A stretch of DNA of 64,000 nucleotides, counting the filler, from Perkinsus olseni (lineage: Eukaryota), in assembly GCA_013115125.1 (NCBI GenBank). It is 17 parts of 17 records of this genome, joined end to end, with 100 filler letters (N's around TTAATTAATTAA, not from the genome) between each part and the next. Parts side by side here need not be neighbours in the genome. Positions count along the whole stretch, not along the records: positions 49,440 to 53,077 come from JABANN010001367.1; positions 53,178 to 56,812 come from JABANN010001368.1; positions 56,913 to 60,547 come from JABANN010001369.1; positions 60,648 to 64,000 come from JABANN010001416.1; 13 more parts are not named here. The stretch is one strand, 5' to 3'. A program made the translations under genes and the position numbers. This document shows positions 49,440 to 61,228 of this stretch, piece by piece (position 1 is the first letter of the stretch; the number at the start of each line of letters is the position of its first letter). The notes below the pieces were generated by a model that searched no databases, was not told where the DNA came from, and saw only the letters and a program-made list of their open reading frames with translations.

Positions 49440-51356
49440 ATCTCCGAAAAGGGCCCCGCGAGTAAGTCGGACGCACCGCCACCTCTGCCCTCCCACGTCG
49501 TGTGGCATGCAATCAGCCCAGTCGTCGTTCTTTTGATCAGACCTGGAATTCGGAATGGCCACTTCCCTAATCACGTTGGCATATATTCTGGGAAGAGCCG
49601 TCTCTGGATCCATTCTGGGCAGCATCTCTGACTTCGTTGGCCGCTGGAATATCATCGTGCTCTGCACTTTCCTAACTTCTGTTGGTTTCCTCTTGCAGGT
49701 GAGCTCCGACTCACCTTCTCAATCAAGCGATCTACTATGAATATGCCCTCAGGCACTGGCATGGGATTACTGGTCTCTCATTGGGTTCCGCCTCTTCACA
49801 GGACTGGTCGGTGGCACTCGTCCTGTTGTCTCAGTGTAAGCTCGGGTGAAGCGTAACAGTGGTGGCTTCGCAGCATACGCTTGCCTCGTCAGGTACATAT
49901 CTGATTGGGTAAAAGCTCCGGACATGCTAACCTTCTGGATGTCCCTGATGCCAGTGGCATCGAGTCTTGCTTCCTTTGTTGGCCCTCTGCTCGGTGGCAT
50001 TGTCGTGCAGGTAGGGGGAGGGTGAACGAGGATCTCGCGAATCGTGCGATATTACATGAATTGGTCCGAGGCAATGCGTCTTTGCTTCGTTCAGGCCGAC
50101 ACATCGGAGCCGTTGAACTCAGCCTACGTTGGATTCGTCCTGAACTTCGCAGGATTCCTCTTCGTATTCTTCTATGCGGATAAATCTCCGCGTGATGTAA
50201 GCGAAAACTTGAGCCCCTCGAAGCTGGTTGCCATCATCCGGGGCGAATCGGGTGAGAAGACCCCAGTGAAGGGTGAGGAGAACGATTCCGAATCGATGAG
50301 GACTCCGGGCCCGCTCGTCGAATGGTAATAAATGGGGGTTGCCTTGCCAGGCTGGTCTTACCTTACCTCGCCTTAGTCCAATTGGCTTTGGGTTCGCCGA
50401 TAGCATCGTCATCAGGTCTGGTATAATTCCCTTCATTATGGCGTGTGGCTTCGTCAACATGGGGACTCAAGGTTGGTCCGTCCTCCTTGTGACAATGCAG
50501 CAAGACATTGGATTCTCTAGTCTCGCTATGGGACTTATCAGCGGCTGGTGCGGGGTCTGGATCATGGGTAAGTCGAGAAGCTATGCGCTTGCGTGCTGCC
50601 TTTGAGTTGGTAAAGGTCGCATACCTCGTATTCTTTTCAGTCGGTCAATTGGCCTTCCTGCCCTTCGCCGTGAACCGATTGCATTGGACCATGGCGACTC
50701 TCATGGTGTTCGGCTTTGCGATTTCCACGTGCATCATAGTACCACCTTTCGCCGAGAACATCTGGGTTATATGCGCCGTTGGTGCCATTTTCTCCGGTGG
50801 CCTGCCTCTGGCCAATCTGGGTGCCTTCACAGTAAGTTGGAAGGTCCCTCTTCCTCAGCTTCAAATATCTCGTCATTTCACAGATGTTCCCTCGCCTTTG
50901 CGATGTAGCAGTTAAGAGGCGTGTGATGGGCCTTACTTCGGTTTGTTCCAACATTTCCAAGTGCGTGTCCATCCTCCTCTGTGGTGTCCTCTATGATGTA
51001 GAGAAGTGGATACCTTACGCAATGGTGAGCTCCGTCCATTCCCCACGGTCTTGTTGCTGGCGGCTCACCTTGGGAGCACTTGTCTATGATGTCAGTTACT
51101 CGCTGTGATGATCCTCGGAGTTATCACTGGCCTCGTACAGACTCGTCTCCTGCCCCAGGCTTTGGACCACCGACGCCGCATGAATCTTGCTATAGCTGCT
51201 GCTAGAACTAGCAGGAGCCGAAACAACAAGAGTGATCTGTGGCTGAAGGTAGGCTGCTCGCCGCCCACAGTTCAACCGACGGCCTGCAGTGCTCAAGCGC
51301 TTCCTCGCCTCCGGGAAACCAGGGACTTGACTCAGTTCTCTCTAGCTCTGTTCTGA
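49440..51356 (+). CDS. major facilitator superfamily transporter (TetA/DHA1-like), multi-exon, ends uncertain
   Basis: Motif A GSISDFVGRW, RLFTGLVGGT, FVGPLLGG; many transmembrane exons separated by short GT-AG introns. Confidence 0.8.
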
Positions 51357-51444
51357 TCTGGAAGCTACGGCTCGTGACAGTGTAAATGCTCGGTATTTGT
51401 TTCACTTTTAGCGCGGCCTGAATGATCGCTTCGCCTTCGACGCT

Positions 51445-52479
51445 TTGGAAGAACAACGGTACTACTATCTTGCGCCCTTCGGAGCCGTCACCGTAGCGGA
51501 TATGGGCGAGCTATTGGAGTTGTCCAAGAAAGGCAGGGATCGCATGCCACGGCTGTGCTTCCCAAGCAAAGCAGTGAGTGCTCTGGCAGGAGGGCCCTCT
51601 GCTTTTAGCAATTCTCAGGTGATCATACCGGACATCATGAAATTCCATCTTGGTTGTTGGACCACCAAGATGCTGGACGCACACGGCTACCTCAACTGGG
51701 ACGCGTGCCCCAAGGAAATCGAGATGCTTCTCGAGAATGGTACAGTATGTTCCAGCAGCAGCTTCTGCTATCCTCGACCTCCCTCCTTTCACTGGCTTTT
51801 TCGGCTACCCTGTGTTTGATGCCTCGGTCGACAGTCGACGTCCATGTGAACTTCTCCTCAGGGTTCCCGTCGATCGAAGGGGGTGCAGGTTCGAGTTCGG
51901 ACGCACGCCTGATTGCCTTCTATAACGTCGAGCTGGCACATGAAGCAGCATGCAAGGCTCACAATGGAGACGGCTCCGCTTCCAGTTGCCCAGGTGAGCG
52001 CTACTTCACCGATACTCCTTTTTAATCCGACGCTCGGAATTATAAGTCATAATATCACGTTCGCCATTCAGGCAGCGTTAGGTCTTGTTACACGTTCAAA
52101 GTCAAGGAGTAGTGATAGGGCTTTCTGGCTGCCTCTTCGCGTGCTACTCAATGGTCGATAGTCAGCTCTCTTCTCCTCAGTTCCCGATTGGATATCCAAG
52201 GCTGTGTTCAAACTTCGGCAAAAGCCGGCCGAAGTGCCACTGCCGGGCCGTAGACTCGAGTTTGGCCGAAAGCTCAGTGATTTCCTGGTTCGACACGGCC
52301 ATATCAACTGGGCCGGTCAGTTCGAGAAGGGTCTACTGTATCATGTCCTGTTGCGAAGTACTTTCCCGCCATTGAAGCCCGATGCCCAGCGAGCTCTTCG
52401 AAGCATGGCAGTGCTGGCGTCCGGGACAAGTGCGAAGCGAAGATCTCTCGACCATTCTGATGTTACCTCAGCGAATTGA
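51445..52479 (+). CDS. hypothetical spliced protein with an internally duplicated motif
   Basis: TKMLDAHGYLNW and SDFLVRHGHINW; plausible GT-AG intron ~51993-52070. Confidence 0.35.
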
Positions 52480-53177
52480 TACTTACGATCGTTACTCCCC
52501 ATACACCAGTGCTTCCGGTTTCGGATGCAACGGCTCCGCGGAAGCCAATTCCTTCTTGTTAAGAAGGCCTATTTGTGTTCTTCTACTGCTGTCCATACTT
52601 ATTCAGCCCGCTCAATCTTCTTCCGTTCCGCAGCTCGCTGTTGTGTCTTTCGCATGTCAATTGACGACGGGGCGTAAGCCTTCCAAAGTGAAATACTTTC
52701 ATAGAGCCGCCCGTAGAATTGGAATGTTCGAGCACAGAGTCGTTTCCTTGCCACCCCAACGATGTCTCCACATGAGTCAGTCCACGCGTCAGGTGGTGAT
52801 GATCGCGATCCCTATCAGCGCTTAGTGCTCCGGCGAAACTTGGTCAGCCCTGGACCATGGATTACGTGTGCATGTCCTCTTGCTGCCAGGTCGAGGAGAT
52901 GGTAGCTGACTTCATCGGTGGCTTCAAGGGTGATTATGTGGAAGCTATTGAAGCGGAATTTTGCAGGTTTAGCATTCAATAATCTCCTGTCTTTTTTTGT
53001 CTTCTGGTCCTTAAACTTGACCCTCTCATTGTTGAGGGTTGTGGGTGTGATTAGGTTATCTCGGGAGGCTGAGATGANNNNNNNNNNNNNNNNNNNNNNN
53101 NNNNNNNNNNNNNNNNNNNNNTTAATTAATTAANNNNNNNNNNNNNNNNNNNNNNNNNNNNNNNNNNNNNNNNNNNN

Positions 53178-56100
53178 GGCACAAAGCGGTAACAATTGCG
53201 AAAGCTTTGCCTCAGATTAGCCCCAAGTATCAAGGTTTGAGTGATGTGAGAAGGTTCTCGTGGTATAAAGCCACTGTCCGCAAGGTTTTACGCTCGGCGG
53301 CAGCAGACCCTCCCACTCATTGGTACTATTTACAGCGCAGTCTCGACCTTTCCCTCTTCAACCAGTTACGGGTGGAATACTTTGGTCCCGATGACATGGA
53401 ATCCTTTGTTAATGCTATAAATGAGGTTTGGCAGCAATTGGAGGTTATCTGCGAAGGTCGATATGCACTACAAATCCTGTTGGACCAGAAATCAGATCTG
53501 ATACAACGCGACGACGAGAGTGTTGCTGAGTTTACAGCTCGTACCCGTCAATGGCTCGAAGAAGCTGAGCTTTGTGGTCACACCATCTACACCTACGAGA
53601 TGCGGATGATTATTAGCAGAGGATTGTCTGACGCTTATTTGTCAACATGGAGTGCTGACTTAAGTGATGATTTATCCTTTGTGGCGTTTTGCGCTTTAGT
53701 CGTGCAGAAAGCTGCCTCCCTGAAGGTTTTGCAGAAGAATACATCATCTTCAACGCCTAGTTTGTTCCTTAACCAGAGTTCGTCAGGATCGGCAGGAGCC
53801 GGCAATCGTGATTTTAATCAACGACGACGCCGTGGTAAGGGACGGGGTACTCCGCCCGGCTGGCTATTCCCTGCCGGTTACTGTCAGAGGTGCGGCGAGC
53901 AAGGTCACTATGCTCGCAGCTGCTCCGCTGAAGCACCGGCTAGAGTTCGCGAGCGTTGTGAGATCTGTGGCTCCCTTGAGCACGAGCGGGACAAGTGTCG
54001 GTTCACTCTTAAGAACCCTTGCCGCCGTTGTGGCGAGGAGGGCCATAGTGAGTTTGTGTGTCCATCTCGTAGCTGTAAAAGCGCGGCTCAGGTGCACACC
54101 ACTCACAAGGACTCTGCTTCTGAAGCCTCGTCAAGTTCGTCTGGTTCTCCTGTCACTGCTGGTCACCAGCAGCTGGTGCTATGGTTTTGAGACTTCATAG
54201 TTCGACTGTGACTAGAGCTCCCGAGCAGACGTGTCCGTTGAAATCGATGGATACCCCCGTTGACATTAAGGAGCGTTTAAGTGCTCTTCCACAACGCCCT
54301 CCTGTTGGATCGGTCCCTCCGTTACTTGTTGATCTGATACTTTATGGTACGACGGTCGGTTATCCTGTTCGTGCATTGTTGGATCCTGGTGCTGATGTTG
54401 ACCTTATTAATCACTCATTTGCGCTGCGATTGCAGACGCTTCCATTGAAGCGAGCTACCTATGATGCTAAGATAATGCTGGGTGAGTTGGCTGGAACAGT
54501 AGTGCTATGGCTCTAATGTTTGGGTCTACAATTGCCGCTTCGTCGACCCAGCAATTTACAGTCTCCTATTGGACTGTGCCTGATTTACCTTATGACTATA
54601 TTATTGGTCGTGAGTCAATGCTGAATCTCTCTGCTAATGATATAGTCCCCTTTTCCCGATGCACGGAGAAGAAATTGGTTTCCTTATTCCATATGTTCAC
54701 TTTGTCTAAGAAGGTTGAAGACTATGTAACGTCCCTTGTTCCCAGTGAACATCGTGGTGAGCCTTCGAATGTGCTGGAGACCCCTGATATTTCTCTGAAG
54801 CCCCCGCTTTGGATGGATCTCAAACCAGAATGGGAGCTTTTAGATGTTGTTGCTTGTGAAAAGGAGATGGCACTGTACTATGTTCGGAACGGTGACACTC
54901 GGTTCTATGCTTTTGACCTCTCCCCTGCTTATGTCGAGAGAGTCAAATTTGGTAACTACCGTAAAGAAGTCCGTTCCCACAGGAAGTTTAATCTCGCGTC
55001 TGATACTGTCAGGAAGGAAGCTATCAATCTACTGCGAGATATGGTCCGGGTGGGTAAACTTGCACCTGTTTCAGCTGTTCCCCCCGTCATCGAGCAGTGA
55101 TGTGCGTCTTCTCCCGGAAGGTCTTGTTAGCTGTACCAATACTTACCCTGTTGGTGGTGAAAATGGTAAACAAGTGAGACCTTTATTTCCCTTCTTGGCG
55201 CTGAACCGTCGTACTGACTGCAAGTCTATCAAATTCCACCAGTCAGAGCTGCGAGAGCTGCTTGTGAGCAGCAGGTTTTATGGCATTGGTGTATATGTTG
55301 ATATCACCGATGCGTTTATGACCATTCGTTGCTCTTCAAGAGCATCGTCATGCCTTGGTTTGTTTTGCCCTGAGATTGGCGAAGATTTGGATGGTGATCT
55401 TCCAGGCTGGTTTCAGTTTGACCGTACTCCGTACGGTTACTCCCCGTCACCATGGGCCTTAGAGCAATCCGTCCAGCATTCGGTAAAGAGAAAAGATCGT
55501 GGTTCTCGTCTGGCTCTAAGAGCCAGACGAGAACCAGGCTCTTCCGCGTATTGATATTGACCAACGTCACCATAAGACCAATGTTGCTGAGGGGCTATCG
55601 GAAACCCCTAACGTAAAGAACTATATGGATGACTGTCACCTCATGTATGGTAAGCGTATCGTCGTCCTTCCCGCTAACATCTCGGAGATTAATGTTGCTT
55701 TGGTGAATTATGTAAGAAGGTCCCTTGCTTGTGCTGGCATGCACTTGAAGGATGTCAAAACTGTTGCTCTCTCTGATGGTAATGTATCTAGTAATGGCGT
55801 TTTTTATGCTACGCCGTACGTTATAAGCTGGCCCCCATCAAGGTGGCAAGCTGTCGCTGATAGTGTCGTTCCTGATGACATCACCTTTCGGCAGGCCCTT
55901 TCTTTTCTGGGTACGGTTCACGTGGTTGACAATTGGCTCTTGCCTCCTTTCTTTGTGATGAGGCGCAATTTGCTTCAGAGTCTGTTGCAAACGCAACTGC
56001 ATGCTGATGGTGATGATTGGGATGCTTTGGTACCCCACCAGAGTGTTGAGTACCTGCGGGAGTTCAAGAACGCTTTCAGTGATGCCCATAATCATGACTA

Positions 56101-56812
56101 CTCTGTTTTTCGTCGCGTCATACAATGGGCACCTCTACACGTATTTGTGGATTCATCTACTTACAGTTATGGTTATATAGCTGGTCAGTATTTGGAGGAG
56201 GTGTCCGTTGGTATGGATGCAGCGGATGTTTCTGAGTTACGTAAGATCTTGAAGTCCTTCAAAGGCCCTCTACAACCCCACTATGACTTTTCGGGTAAGC
56301 TATTCATACCTCTGTGGTTTGAACATGCGCTATTCTCTCGTATTGGCCATTTAACCGCCCACATTAACACCAAGGAATTGATCGCGGCCACTTCAGCTTT
56401 GGTTTCGGCCGTTTTAGTAATTCGCGGTCATCATGATGCCCCATTGAGCTCTACACTGACAACTCGACCTGTTGTAAAATGCTGAAGCACTGGAAACCGA
56501 CTCCTTTGGGTGATAATGTGATTGATGCCTCCCAAAGCCTTCTACAAGAGCGATTGCTCAATGCGGTGGCTGTTAGTGTCCCGGACCCGGTCCTCAAGAA
56601 TGTGAGGTATAATCTGATTCCGGGAAGTGTCAACATAGCGGATGGTCTCACGAGAGATGCCCTCACGGAGTCTCTGATGTTGGCCTTATCAACATCTTCA
56701 TCGGTGAAAACGGAGCGTCAGCACCAAGTCCGTGATATTCCAGTGGTGAACGACTTTGTCTTGGTATGGTCAGACCCTTCTGGTGACAAGTTTCGTCAGG
56801 CTTGGAGAGGCC
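53178..56812 (+). mobile_element. divergent BEL/Pao-like LTR retrotransposon, copy A (gag-PR-RT-RH), frameshifted
   Basis: Three CCHC knuckles; ALLDPGA protease; DITDAF, TPYGYSPSP, NYMDD; WDAL; LHVFVDSS.YSYG, HINTKELIA, YTDN, IPGSVNIADGLTR. Confidence 0.75.
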
Positions 56813-56912
56813 NNNNNNNNNNNNNNNNNNNNNNNNNNNNNNNNNNNNNNNNNNNNTTAATTAATTAANNNNNNNNNNNNNNNNNNNNNNNNNNNNNNNN
56901 NNNNNNNNNNNN

Positions 56913-57774
56913 ATAGTCCTTGATGATACCGTACATCAACAGTAAAACCCTCAGAGTCACAACCCGCGCAATACGGACGCGCGCATTACAACGAGCCCGA
57001 CATCTGATGGCGACCAGTTCAATGAGAAGGCTCAGAAAGCTCGGGAACCCTCATGATATACTTCTGGTTATGCTTGGATTTGGTCAGTTTAGGCCCTATG
57101 GTCAAGCCGCGGGTCTTAGGTTGGCTACTCCTAGTGGTAAAGTGGTCTACTCTTTTGGTGCTTTTTGCTCAAAATGGGATATAAAGAAGGTTAGTTTGGA
57201 TGATTGGAACGAGAGTCACTGGATCAAAGTTATGAACTGCGTCCAGATGGCTCATCTCTCAAGCCCTCTGACGATGATGCTATTAAGCTATGTCGCTCCA
57301 GAAAGGGTGGGAGTCATTATCCAAGAAGCTGCCCTCTCCCAAGCTAGCAAACTGACAGCGTGGCGTACAATCCTCATTCGGGATACCGTCGATCCTGCAG
57401 CTCAAGAACGCATGAAGAAAGAGGTGGGAGACGGGATGAAGGACTGCAACACAACTTTCGACCAAGTACGGAAGAAGATAGCCTCCGAGTTCAAGCCCCA
57501 CGATACCAGCGATCTTCTGCGACGCTGGTGCATTCTAACTCCCCGTCCCAAGCAGCACTGGTCTTCGTTTTTCGTTCACGAGCACCTCCTTCACTCCCAG
57601 ATAGAGGGAGTAGAACTCTCTGGAGCTGCATGGAAGATCCGCCGTGACAAAGTGATCTACTGTCTGGGACGAGATCAACGGTGTTCGACACTAAGTCGCT
57701 GCGAGAGCCTGATGTACTCTCTGTGCAATCCAGCACATGTTATACGGAATCGTTATAGGCTCATTCATGGGTGA
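56913..57774 (+). mobile_element. gag-like ORF fragment
   Basis: Helical capsid-like pattern (TFDQVRKKIASEF...W..L..RPKQ..SSF); weak. Confidence 0.35.
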
Positions 57775-58062
57775 TTGAGTTACTGAGTATTGCTGCTTTG
57801 ATGTTTCTTATAATGCTGAGGGGCCCTCAGTGAGGGCTGAGAATGGTATTCTTAGTGTTGTCTCTACAGTTGCGCAATTTGCCATTAGCTATGCTGCCTA
57901 CAAAGTTGCACGCATACTCAAGGCTTTCTTGGCGCCTCCCTTCACCCTTGTGTTAGAGTCAACTGAGGCACATATCATCTGGTGCCCAGAGCCAGGAACA
58001 AGTTCTACATCGGTTCTATACTATCCTGGATATTGTGGTCTAGTGTTATCTTCTCGTGAACA

Positions 58063-58640
58063 TCATGGACGCCGATCGGTTACGAAGAGTGCCGTGGCTT
58101 GCCCGACACCTCGGGTGACCCCCCTAGTGGTACGGATTCTTATGATCCCTGCCTTACCTTTGAGAGATGGCATTCAAGGCTCCTCACGTATCTGGAAGTT
58201 AAGGGTATTGTTCCCCCTGGTGAAGGGGCCACTCCTGTGCAGATTGCTGCCTTTGAAAGCAAGCGTACTGTTCATCTTAAGACTTTGCTTCGTGGTGGTG
58301 CTTCCAGCCTTGTATACTCATCGAGTCCGGCGGATCACAGTTCGTATGATAATATCATGCGAGCACTGAGGAATGCATATAGCATGAGGCCGCTTGTTGC
58401 GTGGAAGGCATTCACCACTCGCATCTATCGTGAGCAAGAGCCGGTTGATTCGTTTTTTGGCGAGCCTACGTGCCTACTTAGATCCCTCATTGTCACCGGT
58501 GACTTGTGAGTCTTATCAGCCCTTCCTGAGGTTCCCCTTATGTACAACCAAACTATGGCGTTGAATTTCGCTACCATTCCCTTGAATACGTTAGTTCAGA
58601 CGGCCAAGAACTTCGCGAAGGTGCCAACTCTCCAGGCTGC
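58063..58640 (+). pseudogene. frameshifted gag-like remnant
   Basis: FERWHSRL...SYDNIMRALRNAY...REQEPVDSF gag pattern, with broken frames. Confidence 0.45.
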
Positions 58641-58863
58641 AATCAGGCTGGTCACATGTTGCGGGATTGTCCGGCTTGTACTCTGGCTGGTGGTATCATT
58701 GGTGGTGAAGTGGCAGAGAGGAAGCCAGACGATAAGAACTGACTATGGTCGCCAGTATTCGGGGCAGCTCATCAGGCCGCTGTATTATCTCTCCCTACTT
58801 AGTTGGTCACATTGAGAAATACTGATGATGGGTCATCTATTACCCAGAATGCGCTCTTTGTTT

Positions 58864-60089
58864 GGGGGTGTACCACGATTCGTCCATGATCGATTGATCC
58901 ACTGCAGCTTCGATCCGAGATTGTTTCGTACCAATTTCGGTTCATTCATGATCTTGTCGTACATCGAAAAAGTGTATGTTTCGGTCACGATTCTTTCATG
59001 CGTAACCGGTTTCGTACACGATCATTTCGTCCGTGGGCGGTTGATCCAAGGATATGCTCGTGGTGATCTTTTCGGCCACGATCTTTTCGAAAAAGATTCA
59101 TTCGTCCAATAGTGGTTCGTACATATGAAACTGACGACACGCAAATGTTTACCGGAGGAAAAGAACCCACGGACTCGCGAATACGAGCATGAACTGCTAA
59201 CCTACTCACCCATAAGACACACATTAAGTCCCGACAAAATACCGCCCATCCGATCGCCAACCTTCTCAACTTGGCTCGGAGCCAATTGTTCCATTCATTC
59301 TTGGAACCTTCAGGCACTGGGATCACCACAGAGTCTACTTGATGAGGGGAAGTGCTGAAGAGTCAACCCCGGTCAGTGACCGGCGGTCATTCACCAGTAT
59401 ATATAGCGGCGAGATGCTGAGCACTTAGAGGGTGATGGTAATAGCGGAACTGGTAGAGCTCCCTGCTTGCATGTCGAGGGCCGCGCGTTCGAATCCTGGC
59501 AGGGGCAGAAATGGCAGAGGCGGAAGTGGTGGAGAATTCGCGCTACTTTTAGACATGTCTAAAAGTAGCGTGAACGAAACGCACGTGTACGAAAGGCTCG
59601 TGGATGAAAGAATCATGTACGTAAGACCCGTGGACGAAAGAGGTTTGTATGAGAGAGGATGAACCCTACCATGGATGAAACAATTGTGGGCGAAACCTAC
59701 AATGTATAAAACAGCCATTTATGAATGAAGGTTTTCCGTTGTTTGGTGCTGTAGTATTTCTCTGATTTCGCTGGAAGCTGTCGTTGTCTTATCGTTTGCC
59801 TTCGATCCTCAATGCTCTAAGTCTGAACTGATTCAATTGTCGAATGATGTTTTGGAGCCCCTTGACCGAGCCACATTGTTGTTACCAGTCGAGAATTATC
59901 ATACGTTACTATGTCCCCATGCCGTACAGTCGTTACCTGCGCAACCGTCTTTTGTCCTCGGTCTAGACTTTAAGCAAGTACCCCACCCTATAACATTATT
60001 CTACGAAAATGAGAAAGGTACATCGCATATTAAGTTAGCAGCTGCTGCAACTAATGTTGTGAGAAGTGAGTGACAACTGGTACACCCCC
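58864..60089. mobile_element. putative non-autonomous TIR element with inverted TTCGTACA-type sub-repeat arrays
   Basis: GGGGGTGTACCA (58864-58875) / TGGTACACCCCC (60078-60089); arrays at ~58876-59125 and, in opposite orientation, ~59568-59730; no TSD seen. Confidence 0.5.
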
Positions 60090-60253
60090 GGGCTCGTACA
60101 GGCTTTATTCGGTTTGCCTTTCATTCATACAGGAGTATCTCGTACATTTTCAAGCCGTACAGTGATAAGTCGTGCGGTGACAGTTCGTACAGTTGCCAGT
60201 AATATAGTGTCGTTCAGTACAGTATCCACAGATACAGTGATAGGTCGTACACT

Positions 60254-60529
60254 ATCTAGCAACACTCGCAGCTGAGCTGCTAGAAGTGCAAAACAAGGTA
60301 CGGGGATACTGGGTTGTAGAGCGTGTAAACCGGCGATACGGTTAGTCTAGTACAATGAGCAGTCCACAGGGCAATAGAACATATCGCTGGGTCGTGAACT
60401 TGAGGAACATGCGCGAGGGGGGTCAGGCAGAGGTAACAGCACAGAGGGTGATGAAAGCGCGATAACGATGTGGCAGGTTTGTGCGGCCCGGGCAGCTCTC
60501 CGATGGAGAAGGCTGCCCGGGCCGCAACA
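60254..60529 (+). repeat. hairpin-bounded dispersed repeat shared with 34250-34322
   Basis: 35-bp identity with 34250-34284; 15-bp perfect GC stem 60482-60496/60512-60526. Confidence 0.6.
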
Positions 60530-61004
60530 TTGACGTTGTGACTTTGTNNNNNNNNNNNNNNNNNNNNNNNNNNNNNNNNNNNNNNNNNNNNTTAATTAAT
60601 TAANNNNNNNNNNNNNNNNNNNNNNNNNNNNNNNNNNNNNNNNNNNNTAGCTTATTGGTCGATAGCCGATCTCCCCTATGAGTACGTGTTGGGCCGTGAA
60701 TCTGTCGCTCACTTGAATCCTGGCGACTTGGTGTCTACTTCCTCCGATGACTGTACCGCTGCTTGGACCTCATTTCTTCGTTTGGCTTGCCCGCATTGTC
60801 AGTCAGCAGGGTCCGATCAACAACAAGCATCCCCTATTGTCGATAGCTGTGACGACATTGGCTGTGATCATGGTGACTATCTCAATGTTGAAGTAGGCGC
60901 TGATACTGAGCCCATCAAGGGAGCCAAGCCAGCTGCTGACAAGGAACAATTTTTGAAACCGCCACGATGGGCATCACTTGATGAAGGCTGGAGTATCATA
61001 GAGA

Positions 61005-61228
61005 CTGGAGATGCACCCGTTAAACGCCAAATCGCGTTAATCACGATGTGATAAACGCGAAAAACGCGAAGTGATAATCGACTTTATCACATCGCGAAAA
61101 AAGCTACTGAAAACCGCCTTCACGAATCGTGTTTTTTCGCGATTTATCTTTTTTCTCGCGATTTTTCGCGAAGTGAAATTCGTGATGTGTTTTTCGCTAG
61201 CGTTTTTCACTACGCGGGTGCATCTCCA
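61005..61228. mobile_element. 224-bp MITE-like insertion in pol
   Basis: 14-bp perfect TIR TGGAGATGCACCCG; TCGCGA/AAAA-rich self-complementary interior; removal restores the frame. Confidence 0.8.

Larger units (their letters stand above)
3772..60647. other. 16 artificial contig spacers (N44-TTAATTAATTAA-N44) starting at 3772, 7628, 11484, 15322, 19144, 22957, 26756, 30542, 34323, 38103, 41861, 45601, 49340, 53078, 56813, 60548
   Basis: Identical 100-nt spacer with stops in all six frames, recurring every ~3.75 kb; adjacent blocks are unrelated in content. Confidence 0.97.

Noticed and set aside
54181-56485. Multiple frame changes in BEL-like copy A as programmed frameshifts (GTGCTATGG occurs at two junctions)
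   Set aside because: The RT/RH shifts are at different positions in copy B, consistent with decay; the gag-pro junction cannot be tested here.
58876-60250. CRISPR-like array
   Set aside because: Units are degenerate and near-contiguous without unique spacers; eukaryotic context; no cas genes.
3772-60647. Regularly spaced TTAATTAATTAA palindromes resembling a repeat array
   Set aside because: Artificial six-frame-stop linkers inside N runs; gene neighbourhoods across them are meaningless.
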